DNA from: Heptranchias perlo
Taxonomy: Eukaryota
Length of the DNA: 64,000 nt
Reading direction: 5' to 3'
Assembly: GCF_035084215.1 (NCBI RefSeq)
Contig: NC_090357.1
Span: forward strand, 12,462,001-12,526,000
Part shown: positions 50,161 through 62,556 of the stretch, in pieces
Numbering within the stretch: the first letter of the stretch is position 1
Layout: the number at the start of each line of letters is the position of its first letter
Notes under the pieces: generated by a model
Told to the model about the DNA's origin: nothing
Seen by the model: the letters and a program-made list of their open reading frames with translations, nothing else
The model's database searches: none
Program-made: the position numbers and the translations under genes

Positions 50161-52719
50161 GCTTGAGTGTGTGTTGAGAATATGTATGAGTGCTTTGAAG
50201 TGCAAGGGGCAGATTTCAAGGTACCGCCCGAATATAAAACTGGCATTGTGGATTCACTGCCCATTATGTAAATCGCTCAATTTCCATTGATTTCAAAACC
50301 TCCCCCCAAGTGTCACCCATAGGTGAGTTGGAAGCTTTGGCATCAAGTATCATAAGCTGTGTACACAAAGAGTTGTATTTCACTATAAAACATAAATTAC
50401 TTTCTTGATTACTTTGCCTGTGACTGTGTTAATAAATTGCTTTTGGTCCCTGCAAAATACTTGCTTTGCATTCCATCTGAACACAGAGAACAAAGAGTTA
50501 ATGTGAACATGAAATCTAATAATGTGATTTAAGTCTCCCCGAGAGTCCCCATTATAACTATGCCAGAATTTTAACAAATTAATGTGACTTTTAGAATATA
50601 ATGGGAATGAGTTTTGAGGCTATAACTTGATCCTGGGGTTCAGATGATGTCAGATTCACACGCCATTTTCTTGTCATTTTCTGAGTGTTACGTGTCCTAT
50701 TTACACTGCCTGTTTATACCAATACATAGCTCACAACAGTTTAACTTTCAATGTAAGCACCATTGCTTTCCAAGTCCTGGTACAGAATTGGTAAAATACA
50801 GTTCTGCATCTGCCAAGCAATTCATGATTTCATATAGCTTCAGTGTTGGTTTAAACATGTCAGCATCTCCAATCCAGTATTTTAATCCAAAAATTCAATG
50901 CACAATGAAAGGGTGCTTTTGGAATGACCAAGCCACGATGCATACAAATGTCATGCACTATGTTCATGTGGACCTGCCTTAAGGTGAGTGTAGGCTTCAT
51001 GCTATGTAAATATGAGAAAATAGAGTTGAAAAGAAGTTTTGTAAGAATGGTTTCAGTGAATGGTACCGCACTCAGGGAATGGAAATGGGGCACCTGTGTG
51101 AGTCACTGCAGTGATAAATGACATGCAGAGTAGAGTATTACGCTAGTCTGTGATTTTTACCAGATTACAGGAATATTCCATCAAGAGCAAATTGAGCAGT
51201 GCACAGGACAGACACTATAGTATATTCTTGGCTGAGCTGTGGACTTTGTAGGCCCAAGATTTACTTGACTTTGTCTATAAATTTAAAGTACCAGAGGTGT
51301 ACTTTAAAATAATAGACTATTTTATTCAGTGTGACTTGGAGCGGCGTTAGCAAAAGTGCCAAGTTTGTGGATAAGTTTAGTAAAGCTGTATAGCTGCGAT
51401 GCTGGTGTTGCTATGGGTACCAACAATTTAGGAAACATTATTGCAGTAGTTTAAACTCGGAGCTGTGACAGAGAAGAAACACTTTGCACACAGTTGGCAA
51501 AAAAAATTACAATTTTTATACTTGGTCTTCTTTGTTGGTTTATTTACCTATTGTCAACATATTCTTCAATGAACTTTGAGTCGAAAAATGCCCTGCTGCA
51601 GAGGCCCAAAGAATTTGAATTGTTGTCATTCCCCCCGACTGCACAATGGCTAAAGATTTCCATCTGCTCCCTACCACTGCAATCCAATTGGGTAAATGAT
51701 TTATATATTTAGACAAAATACACCATAATCGTGAACAAACAGCTGGACTGTTGGTTTTGGAGCCTGTACTTGAGGGGCACTATCCTGCAGATCTTAGGCT
51801 GCTGGCAATGATGTGTTATGCCAGCTGGCTTAGACTAACAGAATTCATAACACCTGTAAGCAAGCTGTTTTTGTGAGATGAAAATTCAATGGGAACCATG
51901 TAGAGGAAATAGCCTGTGGTTAATTAAGTACATTGTGTTATTTCAAATTAATGTGGTACATATAGTGGGATATTAATTTCATAAGCAGAGTAATTGATGT
52001 TTTGGAGAGATTTTACCGCAAAGGCTGGTGTAGTAATAATATGTCCGTGGTAGGAAACTATAGGGTGTTTGACAAAAAAAACAAGCTGAACTAAGGTACC
52101 CGTTTCCGAGCCCAGTTTCTGAAATGCATGTGGAACTATTTTTCATCATATTACTCATTCTAGTCATTAACAGTAATCACTGGGCTGTCATCATATTCTA
52201 GAAAATCCTGTTTCTCAGTGATAATTCTCACAACAACCACATTGCTGTGACTACTAGATGAACATATTCTGGAACAGGGATCGGAAACTAATCACTTCAT
52301 TTGCTTCACTCCACTTTGAATGCTTTGACCACAGCAACCTACTTTGCCAAGGTTAGTTAACTGGAGAGCATATATTCCAGCACATTAATGGATGGATGCC
52401 AGGTCATTAAACTAGTAGGTACCTGCTTGTCTGTACTTAAAGCTGTTGAATGTGGAACACCTCTATTCTTGGTTTGTTGCCATTCCCAATTATGACCAAT
52501 CAATTGGAACAAATTAATCATAAGTCAAAGATACCTTATATACTCGCAACATTCAATTACATATTATGCTTCCTCTGTTCTATCTCCTTCTTTGTGTATA
52601 TACCTATTTTTATATGTATAAAATTACCTGAAGCAAATTGATGAATGGATGAAGTCCATCAACTGAAAACTCATCACCAAGGAAAGTGTGTTAATGCAGA
52701 AAAATACATGCAGACTCCA

Positions 52720-53145
52720 AAATAAAAAGAGAAAATGCTAGAAACACTCAGGCAGCATTTGTGGATGGTCTATCATCAGAACGGGAAAAAGTTAGAGATT
52801 TAACAGTTTATAAGCAAGTACACAGCCAGGGAAAAGGGGGACAAGGGGGGAGGAAAATAGAAAGGGAAAGGTCTCTGATAGGGTGGTGGGCAAGAGCAAT
52901 TAAATGACAAAAGGGATGATGGTACAAGGCAAAAGGGAACGGTAATGGGACAAGTAAAAAAAACAAAAGATAGGTCCAGAGGAGCTGTAAATGGTTACAG
53001 AAGAACCATCACCGGCACCTGCTGTTCCAGAAAATTCAAGCGGTGGTTATGATCTGAAGTTGTTGAACTCAATGTTGAGGCTGGAAGTCTGTATAGTGCC
53101 AAATCAAAAGATGAGGTGCTGTTCCTTGAGCTTGAGTTGAGCTCC
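52720..53145 (-). mobile_element. Penelope-like element 3' remnant
   Basis: Minus strand encodes KLKEQHLIF*FGTIQTSSLNIEFNNFR (GIY-YIG C-terminus) followed by the terminal repeat. Confidence 0.7.
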
Positions 53146-54322
53146 ATTGGAACAGACTCTAACTTTGAACTCCACATATAGGTATTTCCTTCACTGATAT
53201 CCGACTGATATCCATGGACAGTGGAACAACAAATATTGGGTAAAATACTCACATTCTCCTAACGCAATAGACAGCTGAATTGGGGCAAACTGAGCCATAT
53301 GAAGAATTGCAGCCCTCACGCCCTCATGCGATCTTAAGTAGAGCACCCTGTCCTAAACATGATAATGAGCAATAACAAATTGAGTATTAATTATGAAAAA
53401 GAAAACATCTCAGACAGTTCAGAATTTTACAGCAAAACTGTTTCTTAAATCCTATATTTTGATTTTTTTCCCCTTCCTTTTCTGTTATTTTTTTCCCACC
53501 CTTCTCTCCTGGAAATATTGACTGCTTAACTGTTCCAAAGATGCCTCACCCAAGTGGCTATGTCAAGTGAGTCAAGACAATGATTATCAACAGGCTATTC
53601 AACTATTTGGGGTACCACACCCTTGCCTCATCTTGTCCTTTTGCAATGTTCACAAACATGCACTGGGGCACTATTGCTATGCCAGCTGATATCACCTAAT
53701 TTGGCACAGACTGGAGATCAAACTTGGGTTCTTCCTGATCTGTAAGACTCAACTAAAGAAAGAAAGACTTGTATTCATGTAGAGCTTTTCACGAGCTCAG
53801 TTCGTCCCAGAGCATTTTCCAGCCAAATCAGCTGCCTAAGCATCCTTGTGATAAATGAAGTCCAGAATTTTTAATAACTTCACTGTATCCATTAAAATAG
53901 AAATCAGATTATGCAATTACAAGAATATATTTGAATTTGTTATAAATAAGTTTGGGACAAAGGAAATTCATATTATCTCTAGCTGTGACTTGGTTTGAGG
54001 TTTATTTAACTGAGTAATTATCATTACATATCATTGTTAATGGAAGATTTTACTGTAAGGCTGGGGTGGTGATATGACAATGTGGGATAACCACACAATG
54101 ACATCATGTTATTTTTGTCGGTCTACATTCATGAAATTTGAAAATTATGAAAAACAAACTCTACTCACCCCTTTTCCAAATTATGAAATGTGTCTAGGAT
54201 TAATTTTTGTCAGGATTACTCATTCCATCAGGAACAGGAATCATGGGGTCTGTGTCATACTGGAAAAATGCTCTTTTTTCTATCCCAATACTACTAACAG
54301 CAAATGCTAAACTGAGACATTG

Positions 54323-54640
54323 ACCCCGATTTTAACGGAGGTGGGTTCGGGTGGCGAGCTACAAAATGGGTGATGCACTCGGAAACAATGGAGACAGCGA
54401 GGCCCAGACGATTGTAACGGCTGGACCTCATTTCCATAAATTTTGCCAGCCTCCAGCCTGAACTCGGCCAGATCCACTACCTGGCAGGAAGTACGGGAGT
54501 GGGAACTCGGGCGGCAGGAGGGCCATCACTAGTGACCTGTGGGTACGGTCGCCGACAGTCTCTCCCGGCAGTTTTGGCCTGACGTGGGAAGCTATCACTG
54601 CTACCCAGCTCGGGCCTTCTACTAAAATTGCAATCGGGTC
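54323..54640. mobile_element. CpG-rich MITE-like element
   Basis: gaccccgatttt...aatcgggtc inverted ends. Confidence 0.45.
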
Positions 54641-54822
54641 CTGATGCAACCTGGGCTATATGTGACTGCAGTCCTACACCAACATGGTTGACTCTTAACT
54701 GCTCTGTGAAGTGGCCTAGCAGGCCATTCAGTTGTATCACCGCCTTCTCCGGGCAACAAGGCATGGGCCAAAAATGCCGGCCTTGCCAGCGACGCCCATG
54801 TCCTGAGAATGAATTAAAAAAA
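54641..54822 (+). mobile_element. SINE 3' part with the LINE family B tail
   Basis: gttgactcttaactgc...ccttgccagcgacgccca...gaatgaattaaaaaa. Confidence 0.7.
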
Positions 54823-55892
54823 TGCTTTATTGGAATTCAGTGAACATAGTGGCAATGAAAAAGTCCTGGAATCAACAATGTGCAAAGTTCTCATGTTCAT
54901 CTGGCATGTCAATTTTTTTTTTAGTCATTGAATTGAGCCACGTGAGGAATTGCTTTCCTCAAATCCTTGTGAAACCTCTGGAACACTTTATCCTGAGTAG
55001 CAGCTGTTTGGGTAGGTAAACACCACGGGAAAAAAATGAAATGCTTCAGCATTTCATAGCAAAAACTCATAAAGAAATTTTAGAAATGTGGTTTCACAGT
55101 TAACAAATGGATTTGCTTAGTATTGACTCCTTCTTAAAGTATCACTCAAGAACTTGACAGAAAAACAACCTACTTAAATTCATTTTACCTGCTTCAGAGC
55201 CCCACTTCACAGTTCCTGATTCACTTCTCTGTGAAGCACTGCAGTCAGTTCAAAACAGCAGCGATAGGACTATTTATTCTACTTATCCAGGCAAATTACT
55301 GAATCAAACTATTGGCAACCCAATATCACACCTTCTATTTCCAGCTGTAAGTTCATGCATTGAATTTTATAAGTATTTCATTTATTTCAATCATAATTAA
55401 AAATGCTGAGATTCAGAATTTCATCTTCCATATATGTCCTCCATATTAAAAGTAGAACACTTGTCAGCTGTAAATTCATTCATTTGTGCACGTGAGCTGA
55501 CATCATGAGTTGGGCCAGGTTAAAAGAGTTGATAAAGGGAGCGGACCAGGTGAGGGGTGCTAGCTTTGGGAGTCAGGTCACGTGAAGAGGGCTGACATCA
55601 GGACTTGGGCCAAGTAACATGGGCTGACATAGAAAATGAGGTTGGGTGAGGAACATTAGTTTTAAGAGTTGGGTAAAGTGAAGAGAGCTGAAACTTGAAA
55701 TCAGGTTGGATCAGTAATATTGCATTGAGTTAGGCTGTGGATTTGCAAATCCTTCATGGGCTGTGCACATGCCACATTAACGGTAAGGACTCTTTTGTCA
55801 TTCTTAATTAAAGAGCCAATTTAGAAGCTTAAGAAGTTTGAAAACATATTTTCAAGAAAATCGTGATTCGTCAGTTTTCTGTTATTTGAGCA

Positions 55893-56073
55893 AATGGGGT
55901 CAATTTTAACCTAACCCCCCTTTCAGAAAACTGACGGGATTGGGTGGAACACTGATTTTACACCCCATCTGAATTTACTCTCGATTGAAGTCACTGGGCA
56001 GGGTATAAAATCGGCATTTCACCCGATCCCGTGGGCTTCTAGCCCAGCCTGTTAGGTTAAAATTGACCCCATT
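55893..56073. mobile_element. Palindromic MITE
   Basis: Perfect 23-bp inverted repeat aatggggtcaattttaacctaac (55893-55915 / 56051-56073) plus an internal imperfect inverted arm. Confidence 0.85.
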
Positions 56074-58904
56074 GAATTGAATTTGCGTTTCAAAAGAAGA
56101 AAATGGCTGAAGTTGCCATTTTGATTGGCGGATGTTAAAAAATTTAATTAATGATGTAAGAAAACTTTCCTTTTTAAAGGGTAAAATGTACTCTTAAATT
56201 TTATCCGAGTTGACTAGATTGTGGGGTTATTTCATTTGACTGCTCTGCATAGTTAGATTACCCTTACAGCATGATCATGTAAGATAAAACTTTCTAAAAA
56301 TGGCTAATGTAGTTGGCTGGACGAGGCTGTTATCAAAGATACGTGGAGATGAAAGAAGCACAAAGACGCAGATACTTTCTTGGAATTTCAAGTCACAGAA
56401 ATGCGCGCAATTGTGCTTGATTAGATTTTCCTTACAATGCACTGGGAATGGAACTTCTGAGAGAACAGCTGGCAACTTGCCCTGGTTTTCTTCATAGAGA
56501 TGTCCTCCCTTTGTGCCGAACATCATCCCATGCCAATGGATGCCCTAGGATGGGTCAACTGGCTTGACCATGGGTCACAGCAGCTGTGTTGCTGAGTATC
56601 CTCAGATATGCCTGCTCCTGGAAGCTTGCTACATAAGTTTAGAATTTTTTGAATGTTTACACTGTATCAACTGGAAATATAAGCCACCTCATAGTTTCCA
56701 GAATTTGTTAATATTTGATCTTGTTTCAATTAATTTGATATATTGTGGGATGTTAATTTCATCACCAACTTTGGCCTAATTTCAGATTTATACCCTTGAG
56801 TGCTTCTTACGTTACATCACTGGTGTTTGGGGGATATTAGTGTGCGTATTTATGTGGTAAGGATGTACCTACACCAGAAAAATAACAGTGTGTGGTAACC
56901 ACAAAATGACACAATATCCTTGTTGGCCTCCATCTGCTGAATTTGAAGAAAATTGAAAACAAGTCCTACTCAATATCTTATGCACTTTCAAGCTTATAAC
57001 CTGAAATTCATCCAGGAAATTTTTCTATCAGAATTAATGGTTCAGTCTTTAACAGCAGTTGTATGGGTTGAGATTCTCTTCTAGATTTTTTTTTGACAGC
57101 TATAAGATTCAAAACAGCAACAGCATTACTGAGTTTGATGGATCACATAAGTTGGAAATAAGAAAATAACTATGGATCAGAAAGAAACCCAATTTATTCC
57201 CAACCTTATTCCAGAACAACCGCCTTGACCACACTATCCTTCTTGCCAAGCACACCTAAAGTTGTTCACACCTAAACGTCAACACTATGAAAATGGTGCA
57301 AATGCTAATTGATGCATTTAGATGAAGCCCGATCCTTGCTACAAGTAGTTATTTCAGTTAAATCTGATAGTTTGTGGAAAGTATCTTAGGTTAACTGAGC
57401 AAAATCCATACCTACATCTGCCATGTCAATAGACTTATCAATTAGTTACAAGGAAAGGAATTATTCCCCCAAGTCTTTGTGAAACCTCTAGTACTAGATC
57501 GCATCCTAAGTAAGTATTATGATGCTTAGACTATCATTTGCAAAATGCAGCAGAACAATGCAGAAATTTGTAATAAGAGATCATAAATATAACACTATAA
57601 GTCACTGTGACTAACAAAACAGATGTAAATATAAATGTTTCAAATATAAAACTCTGTACAGCCTTCCATGTACATGTAAATCTATCTGATCTACTGAGAA
57701 TCGTGCTATTGAGATACACCTACTTTGGAGCCTCCAATACTATTTATGCTTCCAGGCATTGCCCTATGTCTAGAACTTTAACCTTGTGTGCTTCACACTT
57801 GTAAATGCTCCAGTAGAAAGGATCCAAAGTAGCAGCACCAATAATCAAATGAAAATGTTGAAGGTCTTTTAATCCAGCTGCCTAGATACCATTGGCGTAA
57901 AACCAGTATAATATAGTGTCTACCTAAAGCTCCCGTTGAAATCTAATCATTCTTGCATACCCTGGTCAATTTGGTGTTCAGCAGCAGAATTTCAATATAA
58001 AATGTGTTGTTACATGTCAGCTATTACTTATTCCTTTAACTTTTATTTGTATTTCAAATTGTATACTTGCCCCTATACTTATATCTGATTGTAGCTCTTA
58101 TTCTACTCCTACATCCAGATTCTGGCTGTAAAGTTTTGCTAAACCCAGCATAGGCACATTAGTCACAGTGCAAGCCATAGAAGTGGTACAATGGAAGCAG
58201 TCCTACCTGGCTTTCTTAGTGCACAAGGAAAAATCAAAGAGAAATTACAAGCAAAACATCCATTTTATAAGATAATTCTGTTCACCTTCCTCACATAGTA
58301 AATAGGATTTCCCATACCCCAGTATAAAATGGGTATGTTAACCCCTATAATTTTGGAAGGAGTAGCATCTCCCAAGCTCACAGGAATGCAGTCCAACAAA
58401 CAGCCCTCTAGGGTGGGGAGAATATGAAGAAGCTAAATATTCTCAATCTGAACAGACACTGAACTACTTAATGTTTGAGTGCTTTATTACTGCACATCAT
58501 TGTTACTGGGAAATTTTAAGCAATGATGGGCCTCCATTAGAAAACAGTGAGGTAACCATGAAATGGCAGTGTTTTCATTGTTAGCCTACATCTGTAAAAT
58601 TTAAAAGTGTTGGAAACAATACTATGTACTATTTGTAAGTCAAGGTTATGAAATATGTTTGAGTCTATTTTGGAACAGGACTTGTTTCTCATTCCATTCA
58701 TTAACAAGGATCCTGAGAACCACAGTCGTAATGTAGAAAATGCCACTTCATTTGGTTATACTAATACCAGTGCTTTTCTCCCATTCAGAGGGCTTAAGCC
58801 TTCAAGTACAAAAAGGCCAGATCAGTTTTCAAAGCATTTTTTTTACCGTTAGGCTCTGGAAATTTTTTTTGCTCGCTGGAAAAGCGGATTGGAGAATCAA
58901 CTAG

Positions 58905-59680
58905 CATTCACGCCAGACAAGTGCCAGGCTATGACCATCTCCAACAAGAGACAGTCTAACACCTCCCCTTGACATTCAATGGCATTACCATCGTCAAACC
59001 CCCCACCATTAACATCCTGGGGGTCACCATTGACCAGAAAATTAAACTGGACCAGCCACATAAATACTGTGGCTACAAGAGCAGGTGAGAGGCTGGGTAT
59101 TTTGTGGTGAGTGACTCACCTCCTGACTCCTCAAAGACTTTCCACCATCGACAAGACACAAGTCAGGGGTGTGATGGAATACTCTCCACGTGCCTAGATG
59201 AGTGCAGCTCCAACAACACTCAAGAAGCTCGACACCATCCAGGACAAAGCAGCCCGCTTGATAGGCACCCCATCCACCACCTTAAACATTCACTCCCTCC
59301 ACCACCGGCGCACTGTGGCTGCAGTGTGTACCATCAAGATGCACTGCAGCAACTCGTGAAGGTTTCTTCAACAGCACCTCCCAAACCCGCGACCTCTACC
59401 ACCTAGAAGAACAAGGGCAGCAGGCTCATGGGAACACCACCACCTGTACGTTCCCCTCCAAGTCACACACCATCTTGACTTGGAAATATATTGCCATTCC
59501 TTCATCGTCGCTGGGTTAAAATCCTGGATCACCCTACCTAACAGCACTGTGGGAGAACCTTCACCACACGGACTGCAGCAATTCAAGGATCACCACCACC
59601 TTCTCAAGGGCAATTAGGGATGGGCAATAAATGCTGGCCTTGCCAGCGACGCCCACAACCCATGAATGAATTTTAAAAAT
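58905..59680 (+). mobile_element. LINE family B (CR1/L2 group) 3' fragment, frameshifted
   Basis: Remnants KCQAMTISNKR, ILGVTIDQK, NWTSHINTVATRAG, VMEYSP and KKLDTIQDKAARLIG; tail catgaatgaat. Confidence 0.85.
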
Positions 59681-60322
59681 AGTTACCTGTCCCTGAACTA
59701 GAATGTTGGACTGCTAGGATGCTCTGATACTTTTCCTTAGACCAAAACTCTTAGACAAAAGAGAATCAACTAGCATTCATGCCAGACAAAAGAGCTCTTG
59801 GGGGCTAGCTATGTGTTATTTAGACATGCTGTTCCCTGATGACTTCCTAATCCTGGTAATCATTTTGTCAAAGTGATCTGAAATGGTGCTATCACCATGA
59901 TTATCCCATTGCCTTCTGACTCGAGACCATCCTTAGCTCATTTTAATGTGCTGAGGGGCTGGATGTTGAGGCCAGTTGGAATGTCCCTACTACCTCCCTA
60001 ACTGAGATCACACATCAAACCTGAGAACTTCTGATGTACATGGATCAATACTATACTCGGTGCTGCACACACCCACTTTGCCATCAGGCGACATCTTTAT
60101 ATGAAATTCTAAAAGTTACATATGAAACACGCAAAATATTGGATGGGATGTAAGGTATATTAGATTAGAGTTTAAGACTAATATGACAAGTTCAGAAGGA
60201 AGTATATGCCTTTACTATGCCTTCACCTCTGATAAAATGGAGGCAATTCTCTCTCTTGGGAATTGCGGCAGAGAATGTCAAAAAATTCAGGCAATAAAGT
60301 CTACTGTCACATCACCGCCCTG

Positions 60323-60890
60323 ACCAGGATTTTCCTCCTCCATTTTCACGCTCTGCTACTTCCCCAACCATCATATGCAGATGGCGGGAGGAGGGTGGGG
60401 CCCAGCTCCTTTGTGGATTTCCTTCCTTTCCACCCTTGTTATTGCGCTTCTTGGGGCTGCCATGTGGAAAGTGGTTCTGGGCCCAAGGAAATGGTGGTAA
60501 GGCTCCGGAGTTTTCCCCAGTGGAGAAAGAGGGCCTTATAGCAGCCTACTCCACGTCAATTTTGTCCCAAGCACTGATCTGCTGAAGGTCCCAGTCTCGG
60601 CCAAGACCTTCAATGGGAGCCTTCTTCCTGATTGTTAGTGCATTTTTGGCCCTTTCAGGTCCCTTGCTGCCTCTTCTGGTGCTGCAACGTTATCACTGCT
60701 GCAGTACCTTCAGAGTTTCCTTGGTTGCATTGGCGAGTTCCCTCTTGATGGCCGGAATCCCAGTGGGAGCCAGGTGTGCATACGCAATGAGTTCCAACCA
60801 GGAAAACAGGTCAGTGTTGGGATGGATATGGAAGGGAGGCAGAAGATCCACCCCACTGGATCTTTGCCTGAAGAGGATAATCTTCCCCCA
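60323..60890. mobile_element. Old MITE/DNA-element-like remnant
   Basis: ggattttcctcc ... gaggataatct weak inverted ends; GC-enriched interior. Confidence 0.3.
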
Positions 60891-61179
60891 AAATCTCATT
60901 GTTCAAATGCTGTGTTGAGGACAATCTTGAATTTTTTTTTTGGATTCACTATCATTGAGTAGCACTAAGTTTCTCAGTTAGTAAAGAATTTATGAAATGG
61001 TTGGACTGAATACTAATAGTACCCATCTTGCCTTGTCGCATACATGGTTCTTGTTGGTCCAGTTGTGGCAATGGCCTGTGGAAAAGTCCGAGGCCAGAAT
61101 CACTCTTCTGGCTGCAAGGGAGAGGGTGAACTGTAGAGAGAAAAACATGCAAAGAATGTAACAAAAGTGTAGATTTATT

Positions 61180-61325
61180 TGTAGATAAATACTTGAAAAG
61201 GAAAGATATGCAGGGCTATGGGGAAAGAGCAAGAGAGTTGGACTAATTGGATAGCTCTTTCAAAGAGCTGGCACTAGCACGATGGGCCGAATGGCCTCTT
61301 TCTGTGCTGTATGATTCTATGATTT
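61180..61325 (+). mobile_element. HER1-like CR1 3' tail
   Basis: gatgggccgaatggcctctttctgtgctgtatgattctatga. Confidence 0.75.
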
Positions 61326-62233
61326 ACAGAAAGGAAATAAAACTCTGCACACTTTTTAATAAGCGACAAGCTGTGTGAATTATGCCTATAATGAAATATA
61401 GATGCTGTGAAATATGCATTTGTTATTAAGAATTTATAGCCATTTTGTATTTTTGATTGATAGCTTTTATGCAGTATCAAATGATGCCAAACACTCCTCA
61501 TTTGCAGGGAACAGTTTCTGGATTCTAATTGTACGTAAAAGCTGATCTATCTGAGTGTCCGTGAACAAATTCCAAACAAGGAGAGCCTGGAATATATCAG
61601 CACAAGACTCACCCAGATGCCTTTCTGGAATGTTTGGTCCAAAATTTAAAAATAGGTTCAGAACCTCAGCATTTCCATAGATATTAATTAAATACAGAGA
61701 CTCCCGACAGCAGCAGGAAGCACATTGAAATTCAACAATATTTTCTTCAGCGCAAAACATTCAAGTTTTACAAAATCTTTTGCATGTGTGTCTGATATCA
61801 GTGGAGCAGAAGGCCCTGTTTTATATCACAATGAGGCCCAAGGTTTTTTTCTAAAAAAAAAGGTCAGTTTCTTTAAAAAGTTGAAGCTGAACAGTATCGA
61901 AACATTCAAAGTTAAGTTTGAACATGTTGCATTATCTTGTAGTCATGTTTTCTGCTCCTTTGTACCATTTCCTCCTTCCCTCTGCTGCACCATTGGCAGC
62001 AGAGCCTTCAGACTGCACTTGGGAACTCTCCTTAAACCTCTTTGCCTTGCCACTTCTCTTTGACAGTGCCTTAGGCCATGTCCCTATTCCCCCTCCTCCT
62101 TCCTGCTTCTCCTGTAAAGAATGCGGTACATTTTTGTTATATGAAAGGTTCTAAGTTATTCAATTGTAAATAATATTTGATACAAATAATAGATAATGTT
62201 AGACGTATAGTGGAATGAAAGCAGAAATTCATT

Positions 62234-62556
62234 GGCCGAGAAATTGAGCCGTGTAGAACCCGTTTCTCAGGCACTATGTGGCCACTAAGGCCCCAAAATG
62301 GCGGGTAGGAACCGCGTGAACACTTCCGGCGGGAAGTGCACCTTCCGCCCTATTGGGTAAGGAAAAACAAAAAGCGTCCTTTACCCATGCCTGAAGCAGA
62401 CATTAGGCCCTCTGCCTATGTAAGTAAGGTGCCTAACACCTACTTGAGGCCCCCTCTCCAAGGTTGGCTTGCCCTGAGGCAACCAGCGCCATTGCTAGCT
62501 GCACTCAGGGAAACCAGCCCCGGGGATCGCCTGCCAACAAAGATGGCAAGTAATTT
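62234..62556. mobile_element. Harbinger-related element end, abutting the young CR1
   Basis: Paralog of 42148-42470. Confidence 0.55.

Noticed and set aside
56275-56620. Possible coding exon
   Set aside because: No recognisable peptide in any frame and no convincing acceptor-donor pair
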